A stretch of 64,000 bases of DNA from an uncultured Eubacteriales bacterium (GCA_964424555.1 CAYRIX010000002.1:1-64000); one strand, 5' to 3'; counted from the stretch's first letter, positions 18,371 through 28,539 are shown. Program-made: numbers and translations. The notes: generated by a model not told the origin, from the letters alone.

Positions 18371-19542
18371 TAAAAGCTTTATTTTACCCCGACAAGCTCC
18401 AAGCAGACCGAATAAATCGCTTGGCAAAATTTGCTGTCATGCTGATAGCCTTCAGTGTGTTTCTTCCGTATCCGATAACGTCCTCTTTAACACTTGGCAC
18501 AGGCCTTGCTTTCTGCCTCCTGCCGAGTATAAGAAAGACGCTGTTCGCAAAAAAATCCGTTTTTATTGCTTTCGGGTTTTTGCTGCTGACCGCTACCGTA
18601 GCCTTGTGCTACGGTAACTATGTGGGCTTCAGGCGCACCTGTGTTTTTGCGGCACTGGTGGGTGTTGTGTCGGTAGCACGGGCTTTGGCAGATAAATCCT
18701 TTTTTGAAAAACTGATGAACGTTTTTGTTATCGGTGGCTGTCTTGCCTCGTTGCAGGGGATAATTGAGTTTGCAGTAAATCTCAGCGTCGCCGATTACCG
18801 CAGTATTGGATTTTATACCAATCCTAATTTCTTTGGAACGGCTCTGACCTTGGTTATTTTGATATGTGCCTACAAAGCATCGACCCACGCAAGCCATGTT
18901 TGGCTCTATTATGCGGTCGCAGTGCTTAATGCCGTTGCTTTGTATCTCAGCGGAAGTATGAGTCTTTGGCTGGTGGCAATTATCTGTATAATCCTTATGC
19001 TCGCACTGCATCGTGAATATAAACTGCTCATCATATTCTCTTCGCTGATTTTGTTGGCTGTCATTGTACTGCTCGCTGTACCCGATCTTATTCACCGTTT
19101 GGATGAGCTTTCGGCCACCATTGACAACCGTGTAAAAATATGGACATTTGCCATTAAAAATTTCAAAGAAGCTCCTTTGTTCGGTCATGGCTTTTACAGC
19201 TACAAATTCCTTTACTCACAGCTTGCTCAGCCTAATGATGTCTACCCTGCTTCAATGTCGCACAGCATTTATCTCGACAGTCTTCTGTGCCATGGTATAG
19301 TAGGAACAGCCGTGGTCGCAACCGCCTTTATAAGCTATTTTGTTTCTCTGTTCTCCTGCCGCATCGGTTTGAAACGGCAATCCAAAAAATCTCCTATAAC
19401 AGGCTTTATTATCGCACTTTCAGTGGCCTTCGCACTGTACGGTCTTATGGATACCACCTTTATCTGGATACAGACGGGTGCTATATTAATGCTGATAGGC
19501 AGCGGTTTAGGTGTTGAAGAAAAAGAATTGAACAGTATGTGA
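18367..19542 (+). CDS. O-antigen ligase (Wzy_C)-family polytopic membrane protein
   Basis: ATGA start/stop overlap with the upstream gene. About 10-12 TM segments. Wzy_C signature SMSHSIYLDSLLCHGIVG. Confidence 0.75.
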   Translation: MIKALFYPDKLQADRINRLAKFAVMLIAFSVFLPYPITSSLTLGTGLAFCLLPSIRKTLFAKKSVFIAFGFLLLTATVALCYGNYVGFRRTCVFAALVGVVSVARALADKSFFEKLMNVFVIGGCLASLQGIIEFAVNLSVADYRSIGFYTNPNFFGTALTLVILICAYKASTHASHVWLYYAVAVLNAVALYLSGSMSLWLVAIICIILMLALHREYKLLIIFSSLILLAVIVLLAVPDLIHRLDELSATIDNRVKIWTFAIKNFKEAPLFGHGFYSYKFLYSQLAQPNDVYPASMSHSIYLDSLLCHGIVGTAVVATAFISYFVSLFSCRIGLKRQSKKSPITGFIIALSVAFALYGLMDTTFIWIQTGAILMLIGSGLGVEEKELNSM

Positions 19543-19589
19543 GACAATCGAAAGCCAAGCAATAGTATATAATATTTCTCAGTCGTTAA

Positions 19590-19640
19590 AAAATCCGTGA
19601 GAGACTACTTGTATCAAGTATCTCTCACGGATTTTCTGCT
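19590..19640. terminator. bidirectional intrinsic terminator (Wzy-like gene / ribF convergent)
   Basis: 15-bp stem AAAATCCGTGAGAGA/TCTCTCACGGATTTT flanked by A and T runs. Confidence 0.55.
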
Positions 19641-19645
19641 TTTCT

Positions 19646-20518
19646 CTATAGCTCACAGGATAATATCCCCGAATGAAATGCCTTTACGGCCTTTTCTTTG
19701 TCATTTTCAATGGCATCAGCCAGCTCCTCAAGGCTACCGAACCTTTCCTCTTCACGCATGTAGTCAAGCAGCTTTAAGGTTACGGTCTTCCCGTAAAGGT
19801 CACCGTCAAAGTTAATAATATAGGTCTCACTCAAGGGCTTTTTAAGCACGAAGGTGGGACGTATTCCGATATTTGTGACAGCAGGGTAGTCCTTTCCGTC
19901 AACCGTAACAGCCGAAGCATATACACCAAACCTCGGTGTTACAAGTTGCTCATCCAAGCACTGATTAATTGTGGGGAAGCCCATCGTTCTTCCCCGCTCC
20001 TCGCCGTGGACAACCTCGCTTTCGAAGGAAAAGGGCCGACCCAAGAGTACATTGGCAAATGAAATATTGCCATCCGCAATCAGCTCACGTATAAGGGAAG
20101 AGGAAACTGTCTGGCCCGAAACAGTGGTAGCGGGAACAACAACCGCCTCTGCGCCGTGTTCAAAGCAGTAATGCGATATTAAAGCCGCATCGCCTTGACC
20201 TCCCTTGCCAAAACGATAGTTAAAGCCGCAAACAACGGCCTTGACATTGTACTTTTCAAACAAAAGCTCCAGAAATTCCACGGGATGATAATCATGCACT
20301 TGGTCGTAATCAAGCATGAATATCTCGGAGAACCCCATTGTTTTTAACAACTCAATTTTCCGCTCGGTGCTCAAAAGCATGGGGACAAAGATATTCTGTG
20401 TTCTTCGCTTGGGTGGCTCGGGGAAGGTCACTGCAACCGGTGTCAGATCCTTAAAATTCAGAGCCGCCTTTAGCACCGCAATGTGGCCCTTGTGAAGCCC
20501 GTCAAACGTGCCCAACAC
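19646..20518 (-). CDS. ribF: bifunctional riboflavin kinase / FMN adenylyltransferase
   Basis: GTFDGLHKGH nucleotidyltransferase motif and C-terminal riboflavin-kinase domain. Start appears to be GTG/TTG (no in-frame ATG), so the exact start is uncertain. Confidence 0.85.
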   Translation of the reverse strand: MLGTFDGLHKGHIAVLKAALNFKDLTPVAVTFPEPPKRRTQNIFVPMLLSTERKIELLKTMGFSEIFMLDYDQVHDYHPVEFLELLFEKYNVKAVVCGFNYRFGKGGQGDAALISHYCFEHGAEAVVVPATTVSGQTVSSSLIRELIADGNISFANVLLGRPFSFESEVVHGEERGRTMGFPTINQCLDEQLVTPRFGVYASAVTVDGKDYPAVTNIGIRPTFVLKKPLSETYIINFDGDLYGKTVTLKLLDYMREEERFGSLEELADAIENDKEKAVKAFHSGILSCEL

Positions 20519-20560
20519 AATAACATGCCCGTTAATAACACCTCTCCCCTTTCGTCGATT

Positions 20561-21451
20561 TTACTCGTATATGACACACTTTGTAGTTATCTCTCTTGAT
20601 TCATTGTCGTATTCCGACAGTCCCAAAAATGTTTTGTCGGTGTATATTTTGAATATTTCCCCGACGCTTGCATCGCTCGGAAATCTCAATCTGTCCGTGC
20701 TTAAAGCCGCTCCGTTCAGGAACCGCTTGGCCTGTGCCTCGGAAACATTAAGGCTTCTAAAGCTCGGCACAGCACGGTCCGCAGGTAAAAGGCAACCCGT
20801 AGGGTCGGCTTCTATCTCCTCGAGGGTCTTGCACTCGTTGATGGAAAACCCTGCCGCATCGGTACGCCTTAACGAAATCAATGTTGCTCCACAGCCCAAG
20901 GCCTTTCCGATGTCGTCTGCCAACGACCTTATATAAGTACCCTTTGAGCAATGGACATCCATAACAAAATCGTTGCCGATTCGGGATATGAGCTTTATGC
21001 CGAGAACCGTTACGGTTCTCGGCTCACGTTCTATATCATGACCCTTTCGTGCAAGGTCATAAAGCCTTACACCGTCTTTTTTTATGGCCGAAAACATCGG
21101 TGGAATCTGGTCATAAGTACATGTGAAATGCCGAATGACATCATGCAACTGCTCATCGGTAACCGAAGCCTCACATTCCGACAAAACCTCGCCCGTAATA
21201 TCGAGCGTATCGGTTGTGACGCCTAATCTTACACCTGCGGTGTAGCTTTTGTCGGCCTCCAATACATACGAGCAAAGCCGTGTGGCTCTGCCTATGAGAA
21301 TCGGCAGGACACCCGTTGCCATCGGATCTAACGTACCAGTATGGCCAACACGCTTTGTGCCGTATATACGTCTTAACACTGCGGCCGCCTTAAAGGAGGT
21401 AAAGCCTTCGGGTTTATCAAGCAGGATAAGTCCGTTCATATCTTCCTCCAA
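20561..21451 (-). CDS. truB: tRNA pseudouridine(55) synthase
   Basis: GLILLDKPEGFTSF...VGHTGTLDPMATGVL catalytic motif. Confidence 0.95.
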   Translation of the reverse strand: MEEDMNGLILLDKPEGFTSFKAAAVLRRIYGTKRVGHTGTLDPMATGVLPILIGRATRLCSYVLEADKSYTAGVRLGVTTDTLDITGEVLSECEASVTDEQLHDVIRHFTCTYDQIPPMFSAIKKDGVRLYDLARKGHDIEREPRTVTVLGIKLISRIGNDFVMDVHCSKGTYIRSLADDIGKALGCGATLISLRRTDAAGFSINECKTLEEIEADPTGCLLPADRAVPSFRSLNVSEAQAKRFLNGAALSTDRLRFPSDASVGEIFKIYTDKTFLGLSEYDNESREITTKCVIYE

Positions 21452-21453
21452 AA

Positions 21454-22401
21454 TTACATAAGCGATGTTATATAAGCCTTAAGCTTGGTTTTGGCTTCAT
21501 CACAGGTATCAAACTCACAGCCTGCGGCACGTATGTGACCGCCGCCGCCGAATTGATGGCATATAGCCGCCGCATCATAAGGCTCAAAGGTGCGAAGTGA
21601 AACCTTCCACTTACCGTCGGCCTTTTCACGTACCGTTATGCCTATCAGCACACCCTCGATCTGACGAGAAAGAGCGGCTATGCCGTCCATATCGCTTGAG
21701 TCACAGCTTGTTTCCTTGATCATGGCCTGAGTGACCGTGACAATAGCACATTTTCCGTCGCAAATATATTCAATACCGTTGAGCACCCGACGTTCCATTT
21801 CGAGTCGGCTCTGCGATTTGACCTCAAACATTACACGGTTGATCTCGTCATAATCGGCACCAAGCTGCATCAGCTCGGCAGCAAAAACATGGGTTCTCGG
21901 TGTGGTGTTTGAGAATTTAAAGCACCCTGTATCGGTGGCAATTCCTGTATAAAGACAGTTTGCGATAAAGGGCGTAATTTCAGCGCTCATTTCCTTTATC
22001 ACAAGATAAACGCACTCAGCCGCAGCCGCACTGTCGCCCTCAAGATACAGCCTTTCGGCAAATCCGACATTGGTTGAATGGTGATCGATAGCAAGCTCTA
22101 TTTTATCCTTATATTCATCCCTTAAGCTTCCCAACAGCTTGTCGTCTGCCACATCGACCGAGATGACCGTTTCGGTCTCGAATTCCTGTCGGCCCTTGAC
22201 GGTAAGATAGCCAAACTTATGTGGAATCGGATCAGAACAAAGGACATTCGCCTTTTTACCCAAGCTCCTCAAAGCCGAACAAAGCGCAAAGGCAGAGCCC
22301 AACGTATCACCGTCGGGATGGGCATGGGTCAAAATAGCGTATTTGTCATTTTTCAGAAGAAATGATGCAGCCTCTTGAGCTGATATCAGCTTACTCATCA
22401 C
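21454..22401 (-). CDS. nrnA: DHH-family phosphoesterase (NrnA-like bifunctional oligoribonuclease/pAp phosphatase)
   Basis: DHH motifs HAHPDGDTLGSAFAL and DHH. DHHA1 GGGH at the C-terminus. Confidence 0.85.
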   Translation of the reverse strand: MMSKLISAQEAASFLLKNDKYAILTHAHPDGDTLGSAFALCSALRSLGKKANVLCSDPIPHKFGYLTVKGRQEFETETVISVDVADDKLLGSLRDEYKDKIELAIDHHSTNVGFAERLYLEGDSAAAAECVYLVIKEMSAEITPFIANCLYTGIATDTGCFKFSNTTPRTHVFAAELMQLGADYDEINRVMFEVKSQSRLEMERRVLNGIEYICDGKCAIVTVTQAMIKETSCDSSDMDGIAALSRQIEGVLIGITVREKADGKWKVSLRTFEPYDAAAICHQFGGGGHIRAAGCEFDTCDEAKTKLKAYITSLM

Positions 22402-22765
22402 TGTTTTCCTCTTCTGCTTTAACGGTCTCGGGGAAAGAATCGATTATTCTTGCAATATGTGCGCTGTGCTCGATGGAGTTATCGGCCACAAAACGCAGCT
22501 CAGGCGTTTTTCTGAGCTTCAGGCGCACACCCAACTCACGGCGCAAAAAGCCTGCCGCATTTTTGAGGCCTTTGACGCTTTCAACCGTCTTGTCAAAGCC
22601 CTCAATAGCACTGACATAGACAGTGGCATACGAAAGGTCGCCCGAAACATCGACCTTAACGATACTTAAAAGCTTGCTGACTCGTGGGTCTTTCATTTCA
22701 CGGAAAAGATCGGATAACTCACGCTGGATATCAGCAGCGGCTCGTCCAATTTTAAAACTCGGCAT
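22391..22765 (-). CDS. rbfA: ribosome-binding factor A
   Basis: Start re-set to MPSFKIGRAAADIQRELS (RBS AAAGGAAAG). Typical RbfA KH-like sequence. Confidence 0.9.
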   Translation of the reverse strand: MPSFKIGRAAADIQRELSDLFREMKDPRVSKLLSIVKVDVSGDLSYATVYVSAIEGFDKTVESVKGLKNAAGFLRRELGVRLKLRKTPELRFVADNSIEHSAHIARIIDSFPETVKAEEENSDE

Positions 22766-22800
22766 AATTTCTTTCCTTTTCGTCTTATTGTTATACAATT

Positions 22801-22925
22801 TTGAAAACGGCGATTAGCCTCCCTCTTGGAGGGAGGTAGCACACCGTAGGTGTGATGGAAGGAGTACTCCCTCAAAGAGGGCACCATCGGGTGACCCTAA
22901 GACCACCCGATGCTAAAATAATTTG
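22801..22925 (-). other. structured intercistronic RNA element between infB and rbfA (four stable hairpins, no ORF)
   Basis: Stems CATCGGGTG/CACCCGATG, CCCTC/GAGGG, CACAC/GTGTG and CCTCCCTC/GAGGGAGG, packed into about 125 nt of an otherwise tightly coupled operon. Confidence 0.3.
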
Positions 22926-22943
22926 TGATGGATTAAAATGTTT

Positions 22944-25484
22944 TTAATCTCTATACTCTTCCATTATGAAGGCTTCGAAGATATCGCCTTCCTTGATGTC
23001 ACCGAACTTCTCAAGTCCGACACCGCACTCGTAGCCGTCGGCGACCTCTTTGACATCATCCTTGAAGCGGCGGAGAGAGCCTATCTCATCCTCGGCAACA
23101 ACGATACCGTCACGGACAACACGGACCTTGGCATCACGGGTGATCTTACCGTTCTTGACATAACAGCCTGCAATGGTGCCGATACCGCTGACCTTATAGG
23201 TCTGACGGACTTCAAGCTCACCCAAAACAGCCTCACGGTACTTGGGTGCGAGCATTCCCTTCATTGCGGCGGTTATCTCGTCGATACAGTCATAAATTAC
23301 TCGGTAAAGTCTTATCTCGACGTTGTCACGCTCGGCTGCCTCCTTGGCAACGGGGTCAGGACGAACATTGAAGCCGACTATAATAGCACCGGAGGTTGCG
23401 GCCAGCATCTCATCCGACTCATTAATAGCTCCTACTCCGCCGTGAATAACATTAACACGCACCTCGTCATTGGATATCTTGACAAGGCTCTCACGTACAG
23501 CCTCAACCGAGCCCTGAACGTCAGCTTTAACTATAACATTAAGGTCTTTGACCTCTCCCTGCTCAAGCTGGCTGAATAGATTATCAAGTGTGACCTTCTG
23601 TGTGGATTTAAATATTTCATCCTTGGCCTTTTGCTTACGCTGTTCAACAAGCTGACGTGCAAGACGCTCATCGGATACGGCGTCGAAATTGTCACCTGCT
23701 GACGGCACCTCATCAAGACCTGTTATCTCAACAGGAACCGACGGGCCTGCCTCCTTGACACTGCGGCCGTTTTCATCAAGCATTACTCTGACACGTCCGA
23801 CCGAAGTGCCTGCGACGATTATATCGCCCGAACGCAGTGTTCCGTTTTGAACAAGCAATGTCGCAACAGGACCACGACCCTTATCAAGACGGGCCTCGAT
23901 GACGACACCCTTACCCTTACGGTCGGGGTTGGCCTTAAGCTCCTGCATTTCGGCGATAAGCAATACGTTGGCGAGCAGCTCATCGATACCGTCGTGAGTC
24001 TTGGCCGAAACGGGAACGCAGATGATGTCTCCGCCCCATTCCTCGGGGACAAGACCGTGCTCAGTCAACTGCTGCTTAATGCGGTCGGGATTAGCCTCGG
24101 GCTTATCCATCTTATTGATTGCAACAATTATCTGAACCTCTGCCGCCTTGGCATGGTTGATAGCCTCGATCGTCTGTGGCATAATACCGTCATCAGCGGC
24201 AACGACAAGAATAGCGATATCGGTAGCCATAGCACCACGCTGACGCATCGAGGTAAATGCGGCATGTCCGGGAGTATCAAGGAAGGTGATCTCGTTGCCC
24301 TCGTGGTTTACACGGTAAGCACCGATGTGCTGGGTAATACCGCCTGCCTCACCCGAGGCTACCTTAGCATTTCGAATGGCATCAAGCAAAGAGGTCTTAC
24401 CGTGGTCAACGTGACCCATAACGACAACAATGGGGCTACGGGGCTTCAAGGTCTCCTCGGTATCCTCGGAAATATCCATAATACGCTCTTCAATGGTGAC
24501 CACTACAGCACGCTCGACCTTACAGCCCATTTCGGTTGCAACTATCTCAGCGGTATCATAGTCAATGGTCTGGTTGACAGCAGCCATCATTCCAAGCTTC
24601 ATCAACTGCTTGATGACCTCGGCCGCAGTCTTTTTCATGGCGGCGGCAAGCTCGCCAACCGTGATCTCCTCACCGATGGTAACGGTGATAGGAGTCTTTT
24701 TGATCTTTTCGAGCTGAAGTCTGCGAAGCTTATCGGCCTCGGTCTCGCGCTTTGCGCCCTGCGGACGGCGGTAGTCCTGTGACTTCTGCTTTATCTTCTG
24801 CTTACGCTGAACGTTATCGTTGCGCATAGCATTTGCAGGAGCAATATTTTCATATCGCTCGTTGTACTTATCAATATTAATATTTGAGGCACGGGTGTCG
24901 ACCTTGCGTATTTCGACAGGTCCACGGTTGGGAGCCTCACCCTTCTTTTCCTTCTTGGGTCTGGGCGGAATGTTGACCGGCTCGTGCGCCTTCTCGGGCT
25001 TCTGCTCGGATTTGGGAGCCTCCTCTTTAGTCTCTGGCTTCTTATCCTGCTTAGGCGCTGATTTCTTCTCAGGCTTTGCCTCGACCTTATGCTCAGTCTT
25101 CTTGTTAGATGCAGCTTCAGCCTTTGCCTCTTTTTTTACTTCGGGCTTTTCTTCTGCCTTCTTTTCGGCAGCCTTTTGAGCCGCCTGAGCAGCCTTAAGC
25201 TGTTCAAGAACAGCCATCTGTTCTGCAAGCTTACGGTCCTTTTCAGCCTTGCGCTCCTTGGCACGCTCCTCACGTGCACGCTCGCCTGCAGCGAAATATT
25301 CATCAAAATTTTCAACCTCACGACTTTGAGTTACATAGTCAAAAATAAGGTCAAGCTCAGTATCCTCCAAAGAGGTCTGGCTTTTTTTGTCCACTCCCAG
25401 TTTTTCTTTAAGGAGTGTAATAATATCCTTGCTGTTGATATTAAAATCCTTGGATACCTCGTGTATCTTATACTTAATCAGCAT
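22944..25484 (-). CDS. infB: translation initiation factor IF-2
   Basis: K/E/A-rich N-terminus. G-domain [21 protein letters not shown]. Confidence 0.97.
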   Translation of the reverse strand: MLIKYKIHEVSKDFNINSKDIITLLKEKLGVDKKSQTSLEDTELDLIFDYVTQSREVENFDEYFAAGERAREERAKERKAEKDRKLAEQMAVLEQLKAAQAAQKAAEKKAEEKPEVKKEAKAEAASNKKTEHKVEAKPEKKSAPKQDKKPETKEEAPKSEQKPEKAHEPVNIPPRPKKEKKGEAPNRGPVEIRKVDTRASNINIDKYNERYENIAPANAMRNDNVQRKQKIKQKSQDYRRPQGAKRETEADKLRRLQLEKIKKTPITVTIGEEITVGELAAAMKKTAAEVIKQLMKLGMMAAVNQTIDYDTAEIVATEMGCKVERAVVVTIEERIMDISEDTEETLKPRSPIVVVMGHVDHGKTSLLDAIRNAKVASGEAGGITQHIGAYRVNHEGNEITFLDTPGHAAFTSMRQRGAMATDIAILVVAADDGIMPQTIEAINHAKAAEVQIIVAINKMDKPEANPDRIKQQLTEHGLVPEEWGGDIICVPVSAKTHDGIDELLANVLLIAEMQELKANPDRKGKGVVIEARLDKGRGPVATLLVQNGTLRSGDIIVAGTSVGRVRVMLDENGRSVKEAGPSVPVEITGLDEVPSAGDNFDAVSDERLARQLVEQRKQKAKDEIFKSTQKVTLDNLFSQLEQGEVKDLNVIVKADVQGSVEAVRESLVKISNDEVRVNVIHGGVGAINESDEMLAATSGAIIVGFNVRPDPVAKEAAERDNVEIRLYRVIYDCIDEITAAMKGMLAPKYREAVLGELEVRQTYKVSGIGTIAGCYVKNGKITRDAKVRVVRDGIVVAEDEIGSLRRFKDDVKEVADGYECGVGLEKFGDIKEGDIFEAFIMEEYRD

Positions 25485-25812
25485 GTGTGAATTCCTCCTT
25501 CGATCTCATCAAGACTTTGGTCAGAGCATCTGCAAAGCCTTCGTCGCATACGGCCACAATGCCGGCCTTTATTCCGATTTTTGCGGAAACCTCAAGAATA
25601 GTATACGGTATTCTTTCAACAGGTATTTTTCCGCCACTGAAATATTTTATTTCTTTTTCACTTTTTTCGGATATGTCGGACGCAACGGCGATAAACCTTG
25701 CCTTGTGCTTTAAGCAAGCCTCTTTAGAGGCGGCAAAGCCGATGCTGAGCTTTCCTGCCTTACGTGCCAGTCCTACATAGGACAGTACGGGGTCATTATT
25801 CATCCGACTCAA
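25474..25812 (-). CDS. L7Ae-family RNA-binding protein (YlxQ-like)
   Basis: [23 protein letters not shown]. Position between ylxR and infB. Confidence 0.8.
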   Translation of the reverse strand: MSRMNNDPVLSYVGLARKAGKLSIGFAASKEACLKHKARFIAVASDISEKSEKEIKYFSGGKIPVERIPYTILEVSAKIGIKAGIVAVCDEGFADALTKVLMRSKEEFTHAD

Positions 25813-26065
25813 GCTCCTTCACTATCTGTTCGGAAACGCTGTCGGGGATCGCCATTGAAAAGGCTCGCTCAAGTCTTTTTGCTTTGACCGCTTTTTTATA
25901 GCATTCGGTGCTGTGACAAATATATGCACCTCGGCCGTTGGCCTTGCCTGAACGGTCAAGCATAACATTACCCTCGGGTGTCTTGACAACACGTACAAGC
26001 TCTCTTTTTGGCTTCATTTCACCGCAGCCCGTGCACTGTCTTAGGGGTTGCTTTTTCGGTGTCAT
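25796..26065 (-). CDS. YlxR-family (DUF448) RNA-binding protein
   Basis: RQCTGCGEMKPKRELVRVV...GRGAYICH. Follows nusA. Confidence 0.8.
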   Translation of the reverse strand: MTPKKQPLRQCTGCGEMKPKRELVRVVKTPEGNVMLDRSGKANGRGAYICHSTECYKKAVKAKRLERAFSMAIPDSVSEQIVKELESDE

Positions 26066-26101
26066 TGCGTTTCCTCCGTTTATTCTTTATTTCAGTTTCG
26101 G

Positions 26102-27226
26102 TTACTGAATGCTGTCGTCACCCTCACCGTAGAATCCGCTTTCAGGGTGAATATCGATCTTCCAGCCTGTCAATCTTGCGGCAAGACGAACATTCTGACC
26201 CTTGTTGCCTATAGCCAACGAAAGCTGGCTGTCGGGAACGGTTACACGGCATACCTTCGGGTCTTCGCTTTCGACCGTTACGGTAAGGACCTTTGCAGGT
26301 GACAAAGCCTCGGTAATAAATGCAACAGGATCATCCGAATATTTTACGATATCGATCTTCTCTCCGCCCAATTCATCAACGATAGCGTTGACACGTGCGC
26401 CTCTCTGACCGATACATGCACCGACTGCATCGATGTCGGGATTCTGTGACCAGACAGCCATCTTGGTTCTGGAGCCTGCCTGACGGGAGACTGCCTTTAT
26501 CTCTATGGTGCCGTCGTATATTTCGGGGACCTCGGTCTCAAACAAACGTTTAACGAGTCCGGGATGGGTTCTCGATATCATGGCACGGGGACCTCTGTCC
26601 TCATTTTTAACATCAACAATATAGACCTTGATATGATCGCCCTCATGAAGCTCTTCATCGGGCACCTGCTCTGTCTTGGGCAGAACTGCCTCGCCACGGC
26701 CGATGGTAATGGTTGCGTTGCCCGTCTTGGGATCGATACGCTGAACTATGGCAGTAACAAGCTCCTTATTACGGCTCTGGAATTCCTCAAAGGTCTGGCC
26801 ACGTTCTGCCTCTTTAACACCCTGACGGATGACGTGCTTGGCGTTCTGAGCAACTATACGGCCGAACTTTCTGGTCTCGAGCGGAATATCTATAAACTCT
26901 CCTACCATAGCATTCTTGTCGACCTTCAAAGCATCCTCCAAAAGGATCTGGGTATATTCATCCTCGATCTCGTTCACAACGGTCTTACGGACGTATACCT
27001 TAAACACTCGGTTTTCAATGTCCATCTCGCAAAAAACCACATCTTTGGAACCGTAGTCCTTTTTGGCGGCGGTGATAATAGCCGTTCTTATCTTGTCTGC
27101 AAGATAAGCCTCGGGGATACCGCTCTCCTCTGCCATCATCTTGAGTGCATCAAAAATCTCTGCTGTAATGTCGATCTCGGTTTCTTTAACCTTCTTAGCC
27201 CTTGCCATTTTCTGATTTACCTCCAA
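26102..27226 (-). CDS. nusA: transcription termination/antitermination factor NusA
   Basis: N-terminal domain, S1 domain and two KH domains (GACIGQRGARVNAIVDELGGEKIDI). Confidence 0.95.
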   Translation of the reverse strand: MEVNQKMARAKKVKETEIDITAEIFDALKMMAEESGIPEAYLADKIRTAIITAAKKDYGSKDVVFCEMDIENRVFKVYVRKTVVNEIEDEYTQILLEDALKVDKNAMVGEFIDIPLETRKFGRIVAQNAKHVIRQGVKEAERGQTFEEFQSRNKELVTAIVQRIDPKTGNATITIGRGEAVLPKTEQVPDEELHEGDHIKVYIVDVKNEDRGPRAMISRTHPGLVKRLFETEVPEIYDGTIEIKAVSRQAGSRTKMAVWSQNPDIDAVGACIGQRGARVNAIVDELGGEKIDIVKYSDDPVAFITEALSPAKVLTVTVESEDPKVCRVTVPDSQLSLAIGNKGQNVRLAARLTGWKIDIHPESGFYGEGDDSIQ

Positions 27227-27252
27227 TATATTATTTGAAATATTAAACTAAA

Positions 27253-27723
27253 CTAAAACGAAGCATCGTCAAGCTTGACGTACACCAGCTCGGCCTTGGT
27301 AAAGCTTATGTCAGCACCGTCACTTTCTATCGTGACACCACCGTCGTATGACTTTAATTTGCCCGAAAACTCACGCTGACCGTCCTTGGGACGTATCAGT
27401 TTTACCTTGACATCGGCACCCATATACTTCTCAAAGTGCCAACTTTCGGTCAGCTCACGCTCAAGACCGGGTGAGCATACCTCAAGATAATACGAGACAT
27501 TGATAGGGTCAGCCTCGTCAATGATCGGGTCAATAAGTCGGGAAACATCGGTACAATCGTTGATGTCAACGCCCTCCTCCTTGTCGATAAAGACCCTCAA
27601 ATACCATGATGCGCCCTCTTTGACGAACTTTACATCCCAAAGCTGAACGCCCAAGGCTTCAACTGCATCTTTTATCAGTGCCGAGACCTTCAAAGCGGTC
27701 GGGTTCTGTGCCAAAACACTCAC
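27253..27723 (-). CDS. rimP: ribosome maturation factor RimP
   Basis: VEALGVQLWDVKFVKEGASWYLRVFID. First gene of the operon. Confidence 0.9.
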   Translation of the reverse strand: MSVLAQNPTALKVSALIKDAVEALGVQLWDVKFVKEGASWYLRVFIDKEEGVDINDCTDVSRLIDPIIDEADPINVSYYLEVCSPGLERELTESWHFEKYMGADVKVKLIRPKDGQREFSGKLKSYDGGVTIESDGADISFTKAELVYVKLDDASF

Positions 27724-27800
27724 TCCTTACTTCAAACTTCCGAACAAAAACTAAAGAGCGGGTCGCCCCACTCTCCTTCGTTTGAATATCTTACCTAAGG

Positions 27801-27829
27801 AATATACCACAAACTGACCTTTTTGTCAA
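27801..27829 (-). promoter_or_regulatory. sigma-A promoter of the rimP-nusA-infB operon (TTGACA-17-TATATT, extended -10)
   Basis: Minus-strand reading TTGACAaaaaggtcagtttgtggTATATT. Confidence 0.45.
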
Positions 27830-27873
27830 TAGTTTTGGGAAAGATATTTTTACAAAAATTCTCTTGAACCCTC

Positions 27874-27902
27874 TTGACGGTCACGGGACCGTGTGATATA
27901 AT
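27874..27902 (+). promoter_or_regulatory. divergent sigma-A promoter (TTGACG-17-TATAAT, extended -10) for the DUF1836-like/NfeD/flotillin operon
   Basis: TTGACGgtcacgggaccgtgtgaTATAAT. The spacer contains an imperfect palindrome GTCACGG-N2-CCGTGTGA. Confidence 0.5.
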
Positions 27903-27956
27903 CTTAATAACATCAAGTGATAGAAATGCCACTTATGAAAAACGGAGGTGGACCAA

Positions 27957-28511
27957 ATGGCAACCGTATTGCCCGGAACCCAAATTGAGGTCTCAAAAAT
28001 AGAGAAAGGTGTATCTCGAGCGATGGCCGACGGAATGTTTGCCGCAGGAGGTATTACACTTTCGCAGGTATCGGTCATGACAGGCCTTGAGTCGTATGTC
28101 ATTCAAAACTGGGTCAAGCGCAAATTTGTTTCGTCACCACAAAAACGGATGTACTCTCAAAATCAGTTTGCACGTATATGTATTATAAATATGTTGCGTG
28201 AGTCGCTGCAGTTGGAAAAGATAATAGAGTTAATGCAGTACATAAACGGAACATTAAGTGACGAAAGCGACGACCTTATAGGTGACGGTGAGCTTTATCA
28301 CAGGTATGTTGACATGCTGGCAGGGCTTGATGCCTCACACATTGATGATCAAGCCATAAACACAGCAGCGGAAACCGCCTCGGCTGATTATAAGGAGCCA
28401 ACCGAGGGTGCAAAACAGAGATTAAAAAAGGTGCTTACCGTTTTTGCTTATGCGCATTTTGCATCGGTCGCACGCAAAAAAGCCGAATTGATGTTAAACG
28501 ACCTTGAATAA
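27957..28511 (+). CDS. hypothetical protein (DUF1836-like)
   Basis: ATG with RBS GGAGGTG. The ORF-track start is a GTG inside the RBS. Conserved QNQFARICIINMLR segment. Confidence 0.6.
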   Translation: MATVLPGTQIEVSKIEKGVSRAMADGMFAAGGITLSQVSVMTGLESYVIQNWVKRKFVSSPQKRMYSQNQFARICIINMLRESLQLEKIIELMQYINGTLSDESDDLIGDGELYHRYVDMLAGLDASHIDDQAINTAAETASADYKEPTEGAKQRLKKVLTVFAYAHFASVARKKAELMLNDLE

Positions 28512-28539
28512 TTTGAGCCTTTTGGAAAGGAAGGATTGT

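Noticed and set aside
22391-22798. ORF-track N-terminal extensions (rbfA MYNNKTKRKEI..., aroG MFGRKCK..., lipoproteins MYNNIVEV.../MYNLRDID..., esterase MGRTQF..., ACT MFTLCAN..., NHL MQVLRNKEGKD...)
   Set aside because: In each case an internal ATG with a proper Shine-Dalgarno at 5-9 nt gives a canonical N-terminus (signal peptide or known family start). The longer forms lack an RBS or start inside the RBS.
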